Below, in pieces: positions 30,924 through 41,051 of a stretch of DNA of 64,000 bases. Each line of letters starts with the position of its first letter. Within the stretch, counting starts at the first letter, position 1. Made by a program: the position numbers and the translations under genes. The DNA is from SAR86 cluster bacterium. Its GTDB lineage: Bacteria; Pseudomonadota; Gammaproteobacteria; Magnimaribacterales; TMED112. The notes under the pieces were generated by a model. It did not search any database. It saw nothing but the letters and a program-made list of their open reading frames with translations, and had not been told where the DNA came from. The DNA is taken from assembly GCA_023703535.1 (NCBI GenBank), contig CP097967.1, positions 796,156-860,155 on the forward strand, in the 5' to 3' direction.

Positions 30924-32064
30924 AAGGATACCTCTTTCAGAACCTTTTTTCTTTGGTAAAGAAAAAGACTATGTCCGGGATGCAATAGAATCTACTTGGA
31001 TTAGTGGTAGTGGCAAATATCTAGAAAAATTTGAAAGCTCAATTGGAGAAATAACTGACTCTCCTTATGTTGTCGCATGCATGAATGGAACATCTGCTCT
31101 TCATTTAGCTTTAACAGCTGCAGGTGTTAAAAGTGGTGATGAAGTGCTAGCACCAACACTAACATTCATCTCATCAATAAATTCAATTCTTTATTCAAAA
31201 GCTTCTCCTGTATTTTTTGATAGCGATGAATTTTTCAATATTGACCAAAATAAGGTGATTAATTTTTTAGAAAATAATTGTGAACAAAAAAATAGTGAAA
31301 CTTTTAATAAAAGAACTGGAAAAAGAGTTGCTGCCATAATTGTGGTGCATGTTTGGGGTAATGCTTGTAATTTTGAAAAACTGATAAAAATTTGTAAGGA
31401 AAGAAATATTTTAATAATTGAAGATGCAGCTGAAAGCCTTGGTACCACATATACATCAGGAGATTTTAAAGGGAAGCATACAGGCACAATCGGTGATTTT
31501 GGCTGTATTTCATTCAATGGAAATAAAATCGTCACTGCGGGAGTTGGTGGAGCTGTTCTCACTGCTTCAGAACATTCTTTTAAAAAAGTTGATTACTTAT
31601 CTAAACAAGCAAAAGATGATTCTTTTAATTATGTTCATAATGAAATGGGGTTTAATTATCGATTAAGCAATATTAATGCAGCTTTAGGGCTTGCACAGGC
31701 AGAAAATTTAAAAGCTATTTTAGAAAAGAAAAATGATATTCATAACTTATATAAAAAATACTTCAAAGAGAATGAGAAATTTGAAATCATGGATACTCCT
31801 GATTACGCCAGAAATAATAATTGGTTAAATATTTTAAAAGTTTTAAACGGGAATAAAGATGGGATCTTAAATAGACTTAACGACAATGGTATCGAAGCAA
31901 GACCAATTTGGAAATTATGTCACGAGCAAGAATATTTAAAACATTTTGAAGAGATTGATATTACAAATGCAATTGAACAAGCAAATAACTGTATTTGCTT
32001 GCCTTCTTCTGTTGGTCTTAATGAAGAAGATATAAAATATATTTCAGGAGTCATAAATGAGTAA
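30916..32064 (+). CDS. legC: PLP-dependent sugar aminotransferase (LegC family)
   Basis: NGTSALHLAL, EDAAESLG, SFNGNKIVT, GFNYRL; likely start ATG 30916. Confidence 0.88.
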   Translation: MSKRIPLSEPFFFGKEKDYVRDAIESTWISGSGKYLEKFESSIGEITDSPYVVACMNGTSALHLALTAAGVKSGDEVLAPTLTFISSINSILYSKASPVFFDSDEFFNIDQNKVINFLENNCEQKNSETFNKRTGKRVAAIIVVHVWGNACNFEKLIKICKERNILIIEDAAESLGTTYTSGDFKGKHTGTIGDFGCISFNGNKIVTAGVGGAVLTASEHSFKKVDYLSKQAKDDSFNYVHNEMGFNYRLSNINAALGLAQAENLKAILEKKNDIHNLYKKYFKENEKFEIMDTPDYARNNNWLNILKVLNGNKDGILNRLNDNGIEARPIWKLCHEQEYLKHFEEIDITNAIEQANNCICLPSSVGLNEEDIKYISGVINE

Positions 32065-32674
32065 AGTCCTTATTTTTGGATGTGGAGGTCATGCAGTCTC
32101 TTGTTTCGAAGTTCTAAAATGTGAGGGTCATGAAATAGCAGGTTTTGTTAAAAAATCTGACGAGGCTCTAGAAAAAAATATAATCAAATTTAATTCATCG
32201 CCAGAAATCCAAATCTTTTCAGAAACAGATGATCTTATGAAAATTAGTTCAAAAGCAGTTATTGGGATTGGCCAAATAAAAACTTGTGAGCCAAGAAAAA
32301 ATCTTTTTAAAAAATTAAGTTTAGATGGATTTGACCTAATAAATGTAATTTCTTCTCAAGCAAATTTGAGCAAATACACTTCTTTAGGAAAGGGTGTCTT
32401 TATTTTTAAGGAAGCAATAATTAACGCTAATGTAAGTATAGGAAATAATTGCATAATAAATACTGGCTCAATAATTGAACATGATTGTAATATCTCTAAC
32501 GATTGCCATGTATCAGTTGGTTCGATTATTAATGGAAATGTTGATGTAGGAGCAGGAACATTTATTGGGAGTGGTGCAGTTATAAAAAATGGTATATCAA
32601 TAGGTGATAGCTGTGTAATTTCTGCAGGAAAATATGTTTCTGAAAATGTGCCATCTGGAACAGTATTGAAATGA
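32057..32674 (+). CDS. Hexapeptide-repeat sugar acetyltransferase (NeuD/PglD-like)
   Basis: IFGCGGHA N-domain plus left-handed beta-helix repeats (INTGSIIEHDC). Confidence 0.9.
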   Translation: MSKVLIFGCGGHAVSCFEVLKCEGHEIAGFVKKSDEALEKNIIKFNSSPEIQIFSETDDLMKISSKAVIGIGQIKTCEPRKNLFKKLSLDGFDLINVISSQANLSKYTSLGKGVFIFKEAIINANVSIGNNCIINTGSIIEHDCNISNDCHVSVGSIINGNVDVGAGTFIGSGAVIKNGISIGDSCVISAGKYVSENVPSGTVLK

Positions 32675-33696
32675 GTACAATAATAATTGCAGAAGCAGGA
32701 GTAAACCATAACGGAGATGTTTTAATTGCCAAAGAACTTATAAATGTAGCCAAAGATTCAGGTGCTGATTACGTAAAGTTTCAAATTTTTAAAAGTGAAC
32801 TTCTTTCAACTGCCGAAGCTAAAAAAGCAGAATATCAAAAAAAAGATGATAAAAACGAATCTCAAAAAGAGATGTTAGAAAATCTTGAATTCGATTTTAA
32901 TGTATTTAAAGATCTAAAAAATTATGCTGACGAAATAGGAATTGGTTTTTTGGCATCTGCATTTGATAATGAATCCTTAGAATTTCTGATCGATTTAAAA
33001 CTTGATTTTATCAAAATTCCATCAGGAGAAATTAATAATGTGCCTTATCTTGAGAGGATTTCAAAAGAAAAGGTTGAATTGATTCTATCAACTGGTATGT
33101 CCACTATAGATGAAATATCCAGGGCATTGGAAATTCTACTAAAAGGCAAAAAAATAACTAAAGATAAAATAATTATCCTCCATTGCAATACAGATTATCC
33201 AACTAAAATTGAAGATGTAAATTTAAGAGCAATAGAAGAAATTAAGAAAAATTTTGGATGTAGGATTGGATATTCAGATCACACACTAGGAAATAATGTA
33301 TCAATGGGTGCAGTTTGTATGGGGGCAAAAGTTATCGAAAAACATATTACAACAAACAAAAATCTTTCTGGACCCGATCATAAAGCAAGTATGGATCCCG
33401 ATGAGTTTACGAAATTTGTTAAGGATATTAGAGATACTGAAATTTTTCTTGGAAAAAATAGAAAAGTACCATCTAAAAGTGAATTAAGAAACATTAAACA
33501 TGCTAGAAGATACATTGTTGCTCTTAAAAATATTAAAAAAGGTGAACAATTTTCTAAAGAAAATATTACTTCAAAAAGGACGAGCTCTGGTATATCAATT
33601 GAAAACTGGAATGATGTTATTGGAAAAGAGGCAGAACAAGACTTTTCTAAAGATTCAATTATAAAAATTCCAAATGGAGGTTTTTATGAAGACTAG
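32671..33696 (+). CDS. neuB: Nonulosonic acid synthase (NeuB/LegI)
   Basis: IAEAGVNHNGD, VKFQ, KIPSGE, LSTGM, LHCNTDYP, GYSDHT, EKH, C-terminal SAF domain. Confidence 0.95.
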   Translation: MSTIIIAEAGVNHNGDVLIAKELINVAKDSGADYVKFQIFKSELLSTAEAKKAEYQKKDDKNESQKEMLENLEFDFNVFKDLKNYADEIGIGFLASAFDNESLEFLIDLKLDFIKIPSGEINNVPYLERISKEKVELILSTGMSTIDEISRALEILLKGKKITKDKIIILHCNTDYPTKIEDVNLRAIEEIKKNFGCRIGYSDHTLGNNVSMGAVCMGAKVIEKHITTNKNLSGPDHKASMDPDEFTKFVKDIRDTEIFLGKNRKVPSKSELRNIKHARRYIVALKNIKKGEQFSKENITSKRTSSGISIENWNDVIGKEAEQDFSKDSIIKIPNGGFYED

Positions 33697-34828
33697 TATA
33701 TGTTTTGTATCCTCTACTAGAGCTGATTACAGCCTCCTATTACCTTCAATTAAAGAGTGTCTATCAAGAAAAAGTAAGGGTGTGAAAACAAGTGTCATTG
33801 TTACTGGCTCACATACGATTAAATCTCAAGGTGAAACAATTAATCATTTCAAAAAAGATAAAATTCCAATAAGTTATAGTTTCAAAATTCTTGATAAGAC
33901 AGATTCAAAAGGTGTAAAAGATAATTTTAAAAAATCCTTTGATGGCTTCTTTGCAGCATATGAAAAAATCAAACCTGATGTGGTTGTGCTGTTGGGAGAT
34001 AGATATGAAATTTTTTGTGCTGCTGTTACTGCACATATGAAAGGTATAAAAGTTGTTCATCTGCATGGTGGAGAATTAACACTTGGTGCATATGATGATG
34101 CCTATCGACATAGCATAACTAAATTTTCATACCTTCATTTCACAGCAAGTAAAAATTACAGAAAAAGAGTTATTCAATTAGGTGAGAACCCAAGAAAAGT
34201 ATTTAATGTCGGGCCGCTTGCAAGGGAGTCAATCAGTCATGTTAAGTTCCTTAAAAAGTCAGAACTTGAAAAAAGATTGAAGTTAAAACTCAAACAAAAT
34301 GTAATTCTTGCTACATTTCATCCTGAAATTGGAAGTGAAGAAAAGAATAAACAAAATCTGATGAACTTTATTAATGTTTTGGGCGAATTAGAAAATGTAT
34401 CAGTTTTATTTACGTCTCCAAATTTAGATTTCTTAGGCAATGAAGTAAAAAAACTTCTGAAAGAAAAAATTAAAGACTTTGAAAATATTGCATATTTTGA
34501 ATCTCTAGGCTTTGAACTTTATTACAGTTTAATGAGATTTACTAAATGTGTTGTAGGGAATTCTTCCAGTGGCATCATTGAAGCTCCAATAATGGGAGTA
34601 AGTTCTATTAATATTGGCAAACGACAGGAAGGAAGAGATCAAGAAAAAACCACTGTAAATAGCTCATTTAATAAAAGTGAATTGAAAAATAAGATAGAAA
34701 AAGTTTTACAACAAAAGAAGCAAAGCAAAAAAAATATTAAAAATGTTTCTAAACCATCTAAAATAATTGTTAACAAAATTATCGAGATGTGTAAAAAAGA
34801 TATTTCAAAGAAATTTTACGATTTATAA
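33686..34828 (+). CDS. neuC: Hydrolysing NDP-sugar 2-epimerase (NeuC/LegG)
   Basis: TRADY, LGDRYE, HLHGGE, GNSSSG, GKRQEGR; GGAGG SD supports start 33686. Confidence 0.93.
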   Translation: MKTSICFVSSTRADYSLLLPSIKECLSRKSKGVKTSVIVTGSHTIKSQGETINHFKKDKIPISYSFKILDKTDSKGVKDNFKKSFDGFFAAYEKIKPDVVVLLGDRYEIFCAAVTAHMKGIKVVHLHGGELTLGAYDDAYRHSITKFSYLHFTASKNYRKRVIQLGENPRKVFNVGPLARESISHVKFLKKSELEKRLKLKLKQNVILATFHPEIGSEEKNKQNLMNFINVLGELENVSVLFTSPNLDFLGNEVKKLLKEKIKDFENIAYFESLGFELYYSLMRFTKCVVGNSSSGIIEAPIMGVSSINIGKRQEGRDQEKTTVNSSFNKSELKNKIEKVLQQKKQSKKNIKNVSKPSKIIVNKIIEMCKKDISKKFYDL

Positions 34829-34830
34829 AA

Positions 34831-35871
34831 ATGGAAATTAATAAAAAACAATCGCTTAAGGATGCTTTAAAAAAAATGTCTATTGAAGGCAAAAAGTGTC
34901 TGATTGTAATTGATGATAAGAAAAAATTCTTAGGCACTTTAAGTGATGGTGATATCAGAAAGGCATTGCTAAAGGGAAAAAATCTAAAAACACTTATCAA
35001 AGATTTTTTTAATTCAAAATCTACCTTCTTTACAGAATCAAATTTTAAAGAATCCGATGCTAAAGAGCTGTTTCAAAAAGAAAGATTTGAGGTTATTCCG
35101 GTTATAAAAAAGAATGGAGAAATCTTGAAAATTCTTGAATGGACTGATTATTTTGGACCAAAACAAAGGGATAATGATTTAAAAGGAGTACCAGTAGTAA
35201 TAATGGCAGGTGGTAAAGGCACAAGGCTTAAACCTTTTACGCAAATTTTGCCAAAACCTTTAATACCCATTAATAATAAAACGGTTTTAGAGAGAATAAT
35301 TGAGCCATTCCATTTCTCTGGCGCTAATAATTTTTTTCTTACTGTAAATTATAAGGCTCGAATTTTAAAAGCTTTTTTTGAGGAACTTGAACCTGATTTT
35401 AAGGTAAATTTCATTGAAGAAAAAAAACCTCTTGGCACAGCTGGATCTATAAAGAATATTCCAAAAAAAATTAAGTCATCATTTTTTGTTACTAATTGTG
35501 ATGTAATTTTTAAAGTTGATAGTAAAGAGATAATGAATTTCCATAATACAAACAATTTTGATATCACTTTGGTTGCATCAACAAAAGAGATAACCATACC
35601 TTATGGTGTTTGCAATACTTTTAAAAATGGACAACTAAATAATATTGAAGAAAAGCCAACCTTTGACTATCTTGTGAACACGGGGCTATATATTCTTAAA
35701 CCAGAGTTATTAAAACTTATACCTAAAAATAAATATTTCGATATGACTGATCTTATTAATGCCGCGAAGAAAAGGAAGAAGAAAATTGGTGTATTCCCAA
35801 TTGATGAAAATGAATGGGTCGATGTTGGTCAATGGGAAGAATATGAAAAGGCTAAATCAAGATTAGAGTGA
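34831..35871 (+). CDS. CBS-domain nucleotidyltransferase (PtmE-like)
   Basis: N-terminal CBS pair (GTLSDGDIRK), MAGGKGTRL, PKPL, PLGTAG, NCD. Confidence 0.9.
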   Translation: MEINKKQSLKDALKKMSIEGKKCLIVIDDKKKFLGTLSDGDIRKALLKGKNLKTLIKDFFNSKSTFFTESNFKESDAKELFQKERFEVIPVIKKNGEILKILEWTDYFGPKQRDNDLKGVPVVIMAGGKGTRLKPFTQILPKPLIPINNKTVLERIIEPFHFSGANNFFLTVNYKARILKAFFEELEPDFKVNFIEEKKPLGTAGSIKNIPKKIKSSFFVTNCDVIFKVDSKEIMNFHNTNNFDITLVASTKEITIPYGVCNTFKNGQLNNIEEKPTFDYLVNTGLYILKPELLKLIPKNKYFDMTDLINAAKKRKKKIGVFPIDENEWVDVGQWEEYEKAKSRLE

Positions 35872-36782
35872 TAAAAAAAAAGGTTAGTCTATTAGGCTTT
35901 GGCTCAATTGGAAAAAAGCATTTTTCAAGTCTTAAAAAATTTATTCCTGAAAAAAATATTCAAATTATCTCGTCTCAAGATTTAGAAATTGAAAATATAT
36001 CCAAAAATATTCAAGATCTTGATAAGTTTGATCCTGATATAATTATAGACTGCACTCCGACACACCAACATCTTAAAAACTGCAACTACATTGAGAAATC
36101 TTTAAAAAATAAATACATACTTGTAGAAAAACCTATCTTCGTAAAAAACGAACAATTCTCAAGTGAAAATAATACGTATTTTTGTGCTTATAACCTGAGA
36201 TTTCACCCTTTTATCGAAATTATAAAAGAGAATATTTCTCAAAATAATATAGAAAAAATAATATTTAACTGTCTCTCTTACCTTCCAAACTGGAGGAAAA
36301 AAGACTACACAGAAAGTTATAGCTCAGATGCAGAAACTGGCGGAGGTGTAGCATTGGAGCTTAGTCATGAAATAGATCTTGCCCTTTCTATTTTTGGTTC
36401 CCTTCAAATAAAAAAATGTATTTATAAAAAGCAATCAGATTTAGATATACAGGCAAATGATTTTTTATTTTTGGATTTGGAAACTAAAAATAAAATTAAA
36501 TGTGAAATCACATTAGATATCGCAAATAACGACGAACAAAGAGATATAACTCTATTTTCTGATAAGGTAAAAATTAATTTAGATTTTCTTACATCAGAAA
36601 TTAAATATATTTCTCCTAAAACAAATGCAATCCTCGATACAAAAAAAACAAATTTCTTTATTCAAAATACTTATGATGAACAAATTAAATCTTTACTTGA
36701 TAATGATGTAAAAAAACTATGTACTTTAGAAGAAGCTTTAAAAGTTTTAGAGTTTATTGAGGGACTACAAGATAATGAATAA
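35868..36782 (+). CDS. Gfo/Idh/MocA oxidoreductase (PtmF-like)
   Basis: GFGSIGKKH, VEKP, YNLRFHP, YLPNWR, GGGVALELSHEID. Confidence 0.85.
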   Translation: MIKKKVSLLGFGSIGKKHFSSLKKFIPEKNIQIISSQDLEIENISKNIQDLDKFDPDIIIDCTPTHQHLKNCNYIEKSLKNKYILVEKPIFVKNEQFSSENNTYFCAYNLRFHPFIEIIKENISQNNIEKIIFNCLSYLPNWRKKDYTESYSSDAETGGGVALELSHEIDLALSIFGSLQIKKCIYKKQSDLDIQANDFLFLDLETKNKIKCEITLDIANNDEQRDITLFSDKVKINLDFLTSEIKYISPKTNAILDTKKTNFFIQNTYDEQIKSLLDNDVKKLCTLEEALKVLEFIEGLQDNE

Positions 36783-37461
36783 TTTATGTACGATTTGTGC
36801 ACGTTCTGGTTCAAAAGGTGTGCCAAATAAAAATATTAAGAAAATTGCAGGAAAACCACTGATTCAACACACCATAGAACAAGCAAAAAAAAGCAAAATT
36901 TTCTCAGATATCATTGTTTCATCTGATTGTAAAAAAATTTTAAAAATAGCTGAAAAACTTGGAGTTCATACCTTAAAAAGAACTAATCAATTATCAAAAG
37001 ACTTTGTTGGCAAAGTTGATGTAATTAGAGATGCAGCTATAAAAGCCCAAAAAATGTTGGACAAAAAATTTGATAATGTAATCGATTTGGATGTAACCTC
37101 GCCATTGCGTCAAGTTAGTGACATTCATAATTCTTTTAAAAAATTTCAAAATGGAAATTATCAAAATTTAATTACTGGCTGCGTGGCTAGAAAAAATCCA
37201 TACTTTAATATGATTGAAATTAAAAAAAATGTATTGAGCATTTCAAAAAGAACAAATAAAAAAATATATTCTCGACAAAAATCACCTCAGGTTTTTGAAA
37301 TGAATGCATCAATATATATCTGGAAGAATAAAGCCTTGATGAATAAAAGTAATTTAGTAACATCAAAGACTGCCTTTTATGAAATGCCTGAGGAAAGGTC
37401 AATTGATATCGATACGATGCTAGATTGGAAAATAGTTTCTTTCCTCATGGAGAAAAAATAG
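36775..37461 (+). CDS. Acylneuraminate cytidylyltransferase (NeuA/LegF/PtmB-like)
   Basis: CARSGSKGVPNKN, LDVTSPLR, MNASIY, SIDID; likely start 36775. Confidence 0.92.
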   Translation: MNNLCTICARSGSKGVPNKNIKKIAGKPLIQHTIEQAKKSKIFSDIIVSSDCKKILKIAEKLGVHTLKRTNQLSKDFVGKVDVIRDAAIKAQKMLDKKFDNVIDLDVTSPLRQVSDIHNSFKKFQNGNYQNLITGCVARKNPYFNMIEIKKNVLSISKRTNKKIYSRQKSPQVFEMNASIYIWKNKALMNKSNLVTSKTAFYEMPEERSIDIDTMLDWKIVSFLMEKK

Positions 37462-38222
37462 TGTCTATTAAAAATAAAAAAATTTACGTTTTAGGTGGTA
37501 GTGGAACAATAGGTTTACCTGTTGCAAAATTTCTTAAAGATAATGGGGCTAAAGTCATAAACCTAGATATTAATAATTCAAATAATGATTTTATTTTCGA
37601 AAAAATTGATGTCGCTGAATTAGAGGATATTGAAAAAAAATTATTAGAAATAACTGAAAAACATGGAGATCCTGACGTTTTCATAAATTGCTCTTACCCT
37701 AAAACTGATGAATGGGCAGATCTAACATTTAAAACCTCAAATTTAACTAATTTTAAAACAAATCTAGATCTTCATCTCTTAAGTTATATTTGGATTTCTA
37801 ATTTATTTGCGCAGCAAATGGTAAGAAAAAATACCAATGGAAGTATTATTTTAACAAGCTCAATATATGCAACTATTCCGCAAAAGCAAAATCTGTATGA
37901 AGGAACAAATTTAAGTGAAAATATTGCCTACCCAGTAATTAAGGCAGGAATTAATCAACATTGTAAGCAAATGGCATCTTTCTACGGAAAAAATAATATT
38001 AGAGTGAATACTGTTAGTCCAGGTGGTTTAGAGGGGAAAATTGCAGGAAAAGAATTGCAACAAGATGAAGCTTTCAAAGAAAAGTATATTTCTAGAACGC
38101 CGATGAAAAGAATGTGTAAGCCATCAGACCTTGTTCAAACATATCTGTTCCTATCTTCAAATGATTCCAGTTATATAACTGGTCAAGACTTTATAGTTGA
38201 TGGTGGATTTTCTTTAAATTAA
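37461..38222 (+). CDS. SDR oxidoreductase (PtmA-like)
   Basis: GGSGTIG, SSIY, YPVIKAG, IRVNTVSPGG, ITGQDFIVDGG; likely GTG start at 37461 after GGAG. Confidence 0.88.
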   Translation: MSIKNKKIYVLGGSGTIGLPVAKFLKDNGAKVINLDINNSNNDFIFEKIDVAELEDIEKKLLEITEKHGDPDVFINCSYPKTDEWADLTFKTSNLTNFKTNLDLHLLSYIWISNLFAQQMVRKNTNGSIILTSSIYATIPQKQNLYEGTNLSENIAYPVIKAGINQHCKQMASFYGKNNIRVNTVSPGGLEGKIAGKELQQDEAFKEKYISRTPMKRMCKPSDLVQTYLFLSSNDSSYITGQDFIVDGGFSLN

Positions 38223-39244
38223 TCCTTTATAAACTTAAAAGTGCAACCGAAAGGCTTTTCTCCCCATTTGGAAATCTTTTTTGACTCATTCTCCATAACT
38301 TTATGTACAGAAAAACCATTTTGACTGGCTTTTTCAACTATAAACTTTCTTGAAAGCAGCTGCACATGACTAGAGCAAAAAATTATTTCATCCTTCGATG
38401 AAAAGAAGCCATTTTTTTTGGAATTAGCATAATTTTCTGCAAGCTCTGCTAAGGGTGTTGAAAGATAAAGTGCTCCATTTTGCATTAAGTGATAATTTGC
38501 AGACTCAAAAAATGAAGAACAATCATTAAAATGCTCTATGCTATGGAAACTATAAATCAATGAAAAAGATTCTTTCTTAAATAAACTTTTTTCATAAAAT
38601 TCATTTTCAATGTCTAAATCTAAAAATTTCTTTGAAGCCTTATATTGCCCAACTGATGGCTCAACGCCTTTTACATCGAAACCTTTCTTTTTAATTAAAT
38701 CAAGAATTTCTCCAGTTCCTGAACCTACATCAAGGATTTTTTCATTTGGAAAATTATTTTTTGAGGACTCTTTGATTATAAAATCAGAAAATCTAGAAAT
38801 ATATTGATTGTGTTTTTCATTCGAATCTTTGATTTTTGAGAAATAGTGAATATCGTCGTCCCCTACTCTATTTGATCTATTATTTTTTAATATAAGATTT
38901 AGACTTCCACATTTTTGACACTTTTTATATTTCAATAAGTCGTTTTTACTGGTAATAAAATATTTATATTTTAAAAAACTTTGCCTAAGCCAAGGCCAAA
39001 AAAATAGAAACCTTAATCTATAAAATACTGATCCCAAGAAACTTGAATCTAATAAAGATACATAGCCAGCTAAATCAATTTTTGCTATTTGTTTGGCATC
39101 CAAACTGCCTGAACAAATATTGCAGTGATTCTGATCAGACTCAAATCTGTTTCGAAATTTTGCAAAATACCAAAAAAGACTGCAAAAAACTTTGAAATAA
39201 ATAAAAGCTAGAACTTTAAAAATCATATAAAAATTATATTCCAA
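38219..39244 (-). CDS. Class I SAM-dependent methyltransferase with N-terminal Cys pairs
   Basis: ILDVGSGTG, HSIEH, CNIC...CQKC; start may be ATG 39226. Confidence 0.8.
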   Translation of the reverse strand: MEYNFYMIFKVLAFIYFKVFCSLFWYFAKFRNRFESDQNHCNICSGSLDAKQIAKIDLAGYVSLLDSSFLGSVFYRLRFLFFWPWLRQSFLKYKYFITSKNDLLKYKKCQKCGSLNLILKNNRSNRVGDDDIHYFSKIKDSNEKHNQYISRFSDFIIKESSKNNFPNEKILDVGSGTGEILDLIKKKGFDVKGVEPSVGQYKASKKFLDLDIENEFYEKSLFKKESFSLIYSFHSIEHFNDCSSFFESANYHLMQNGALYLSTPLAELAENYANSKKNGFFSSKDEIIFCSSHVQLLSRKFIVEKASQNGFSVHKVMENESKKISKWGEKPFGCTFKFIKD

Positions 39245-39306
39245 AGGTTTTTTTTTAAAAACTTCAAATAAGGGCTCTATTATTTCTTATGTTTAACTTA
39301 ACAAAG

Positions 39307-39315
39307 TGTTAGAAT
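39307..39315 (+). promoter_or_regulatory. Extended -10 (TGTTAGAAT) upstream of the amidotransferase block
   Basis: 12 nt before ATG 39328 in a short divergent gap. Confidence 0.45.
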
Positions 39316-39327
39316 GTGGCATTTATT

Positions 39328-40437
39328 ATGGCTAAAGAAGTTTTTTGGTGCAGTTCCTGTCTAAATATGTCTACAAGACCTCGAATTACTTTCGATCAAG
39401 AGGGTAGATGTAATGCATGCCAATGGTCTGATGAGAAAAAGACATTTAATTGGAAAGAAAGAGAAGAAGAGCTTAAGAAAAATCTAAAAAAATATACTAA
39501 TGCCTCAGATAATTACAAAGTCATAGTTCCAGTAAGTGGTGGCAAAGATGGCTCATACATTGCTCACAAACTCAAAAGCGACTATGGCGTTGAGCCATTG
39601 TGTGTAACTGTAAGACCACCCTTAGAAACAAAAATAGGACAAGAGAATGTTTATAACTTTGTAAGTTCAGGTTTTTCACATGTACATGTAAGTCCCGATG
39701 AAGAGGCAATGGCTGCTCTGAATAAATATGGTTTTATCGAAAAAGGCTTCCCTTATTATGGATGGTTAATTTGTATTCATACTGCAGTTCTACAAATAGC
39801 TAAAAGGTTTAATATTGGACTTATTTTTTATGCTGAAGACGGAGAAATTGAATATGGCGGATCAACAGAAAAGAAATTTCAGGCTACTTATGATGTCAGT
39901 TATCAACGAAAGGTTTACCTTGAGGGAGGATATGAGAAAGTACTTGAAAAAGCTAGGCTTGATGAATCAAAGTTATTCTGGTTTAAATTTCCAAGTGAGG
40001 AAGATTGCAAAAAAATTACGCTTACGCATTGGTCTTATTATGAGGCTTGGGATTCATACAGGAATTATCTTGTTGCAAAAGAGCATTGTGGTCTGAAAGA
40101 AACTGAAGATACAAATACTGGAACCTTTACTAATTTTGCCCAGAATGACCAGGCACTTTATGCTTTACATGCTTATTTAATGTATCTGAAATTTGGATTT
40201 GGAAGAGCAACTCAAGATGCTGGAATTGAAATAAGAAGAGGTGCAATGACGAGAGATCAAGCAATCAGTCTCGTGAATTTATATGATAATAATTATCCAG
40301 AGAATTTCTTAGATCTATATCTCGATTATTATGAAATGACCGAAGACGATTTCAATAAAGTCATTGATAAATGGGTAAATAAGGATTTATTTGATAAAGT
40401 AAATGGAAGATGGCAACCAACATTTACCATTAAATGA
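39328..40437 (+). CDS. N-acetyl sugar amidotransferase (WbuX/PseA/WbpG-like)
   Basis: C..C...STRPRI....G.CNAC, VSGGKDGS PP-loop, EDGEIEYGG, KFGFGRAT; likely start 39328. Confidence 0.92.
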   Translation: MAKEVFWCSSCLNMSTRPRITFDQEGRCNACQWSDEKKTFNWKEREEELKKNLKKYTNASDNYKVIVPVSGGKDGSYIAHKLKSDYGVEPLCVTVRPPLETKIGQENVYNFVSSGFSHVHVSPDEEAMAALNKYGFIEKGFPYYGWLICIHTAVLQIAKRFNIGLIFYAEDGEIEYGGSTEKKFQATYDVSYQRKVYLEGGYEKVLEKARLDESKLFWFKFPSEEDCKKITLTHWSYYEAWDSYRNYLVAKEHCGLKETEDTNTGTFTNFAQNDQALYALHAYLMYLKFGFGRATQDAGIEIRRGAMTRDQAISLVNLYDNNYPENFLDLYLDYYEMTEDDFNKVIDKWVNKDLFDKVNGRWQPTFTIK

Positions 40438-41051
40438 CAACATCTTCTACTGCAATAATTGATTATAAAATGGGGAACATTTGGTCTCTAAAAAATGCTC
40501 TTGATAATTTAAAAATAAAATATCAACTTGTATCAGATCCAGAAAAAATAAATGATTTTTCTCATATAATTCTTCCAGGGGTAGGCTCTGCTAGAGAAGC
40601 TTATAACAGATTAGAAAAAAGTGGTTTTGTAGAGAGTATTAAAGAAGCTGTACTTGAGAAAGAAAGAAAAATTCTTGGTATCTGTGTTGGTATGCAATTA
40701 ATGGGTTCGTCAACAGAAGAGGATGGTGGATCAAAAGGCATTGGCTTCTTTAAAAATAAGGTGTTAAAACTAAAAGAAAACGGTGGTATTAAGCTACCAC
40801 ATGTAGGTTTTAATAATGTTCAAACAAATGAAAGTGTACTTTTTGATGGATTAAAGCAAAAAGACTTTTATTTTGTCCATTCGTATGCGATGGAGTCTAC
40901 AAGTGGTGACTATGAAGCAGGTACTACAGACTACAAACAAAAATTTGTATCCGTAGTTGAAAGAGAAAATATTTTTGGTACGCAATTTCACCCAGAAATT
41001 AGTCAGAAAAATGGCTTAATTCTACTAGATAATTTTTTTAAAAAATGCTGA
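40434..41051 (+). CDS. hisH: Glutamine amidotransferase, HisH paralogue (WbuY-like)
   Basis: GNIWSL, LPGVGS, GICVGMQ, PHVGFN, FVHSY, QFHPE. Confidence 0.9.
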   Translation: MTTSSTAIIDYKMGNIWSLKNALDNLKIKYQLVSDPEKINDFSHIILPGVGSAREAYNRLEKSGFVESIKEAVLEKERKILGICVGMQLMGSSTEEDGGSKGIGFFKNKVLKLKENGGIKLPHVGFNNVQTNESVLFDGLKQKDFYFVHSYAMESTSGDYEAGTTDYKQKFVSVVERENIFGTQFHPEISQKNGLILLDNFFKKC

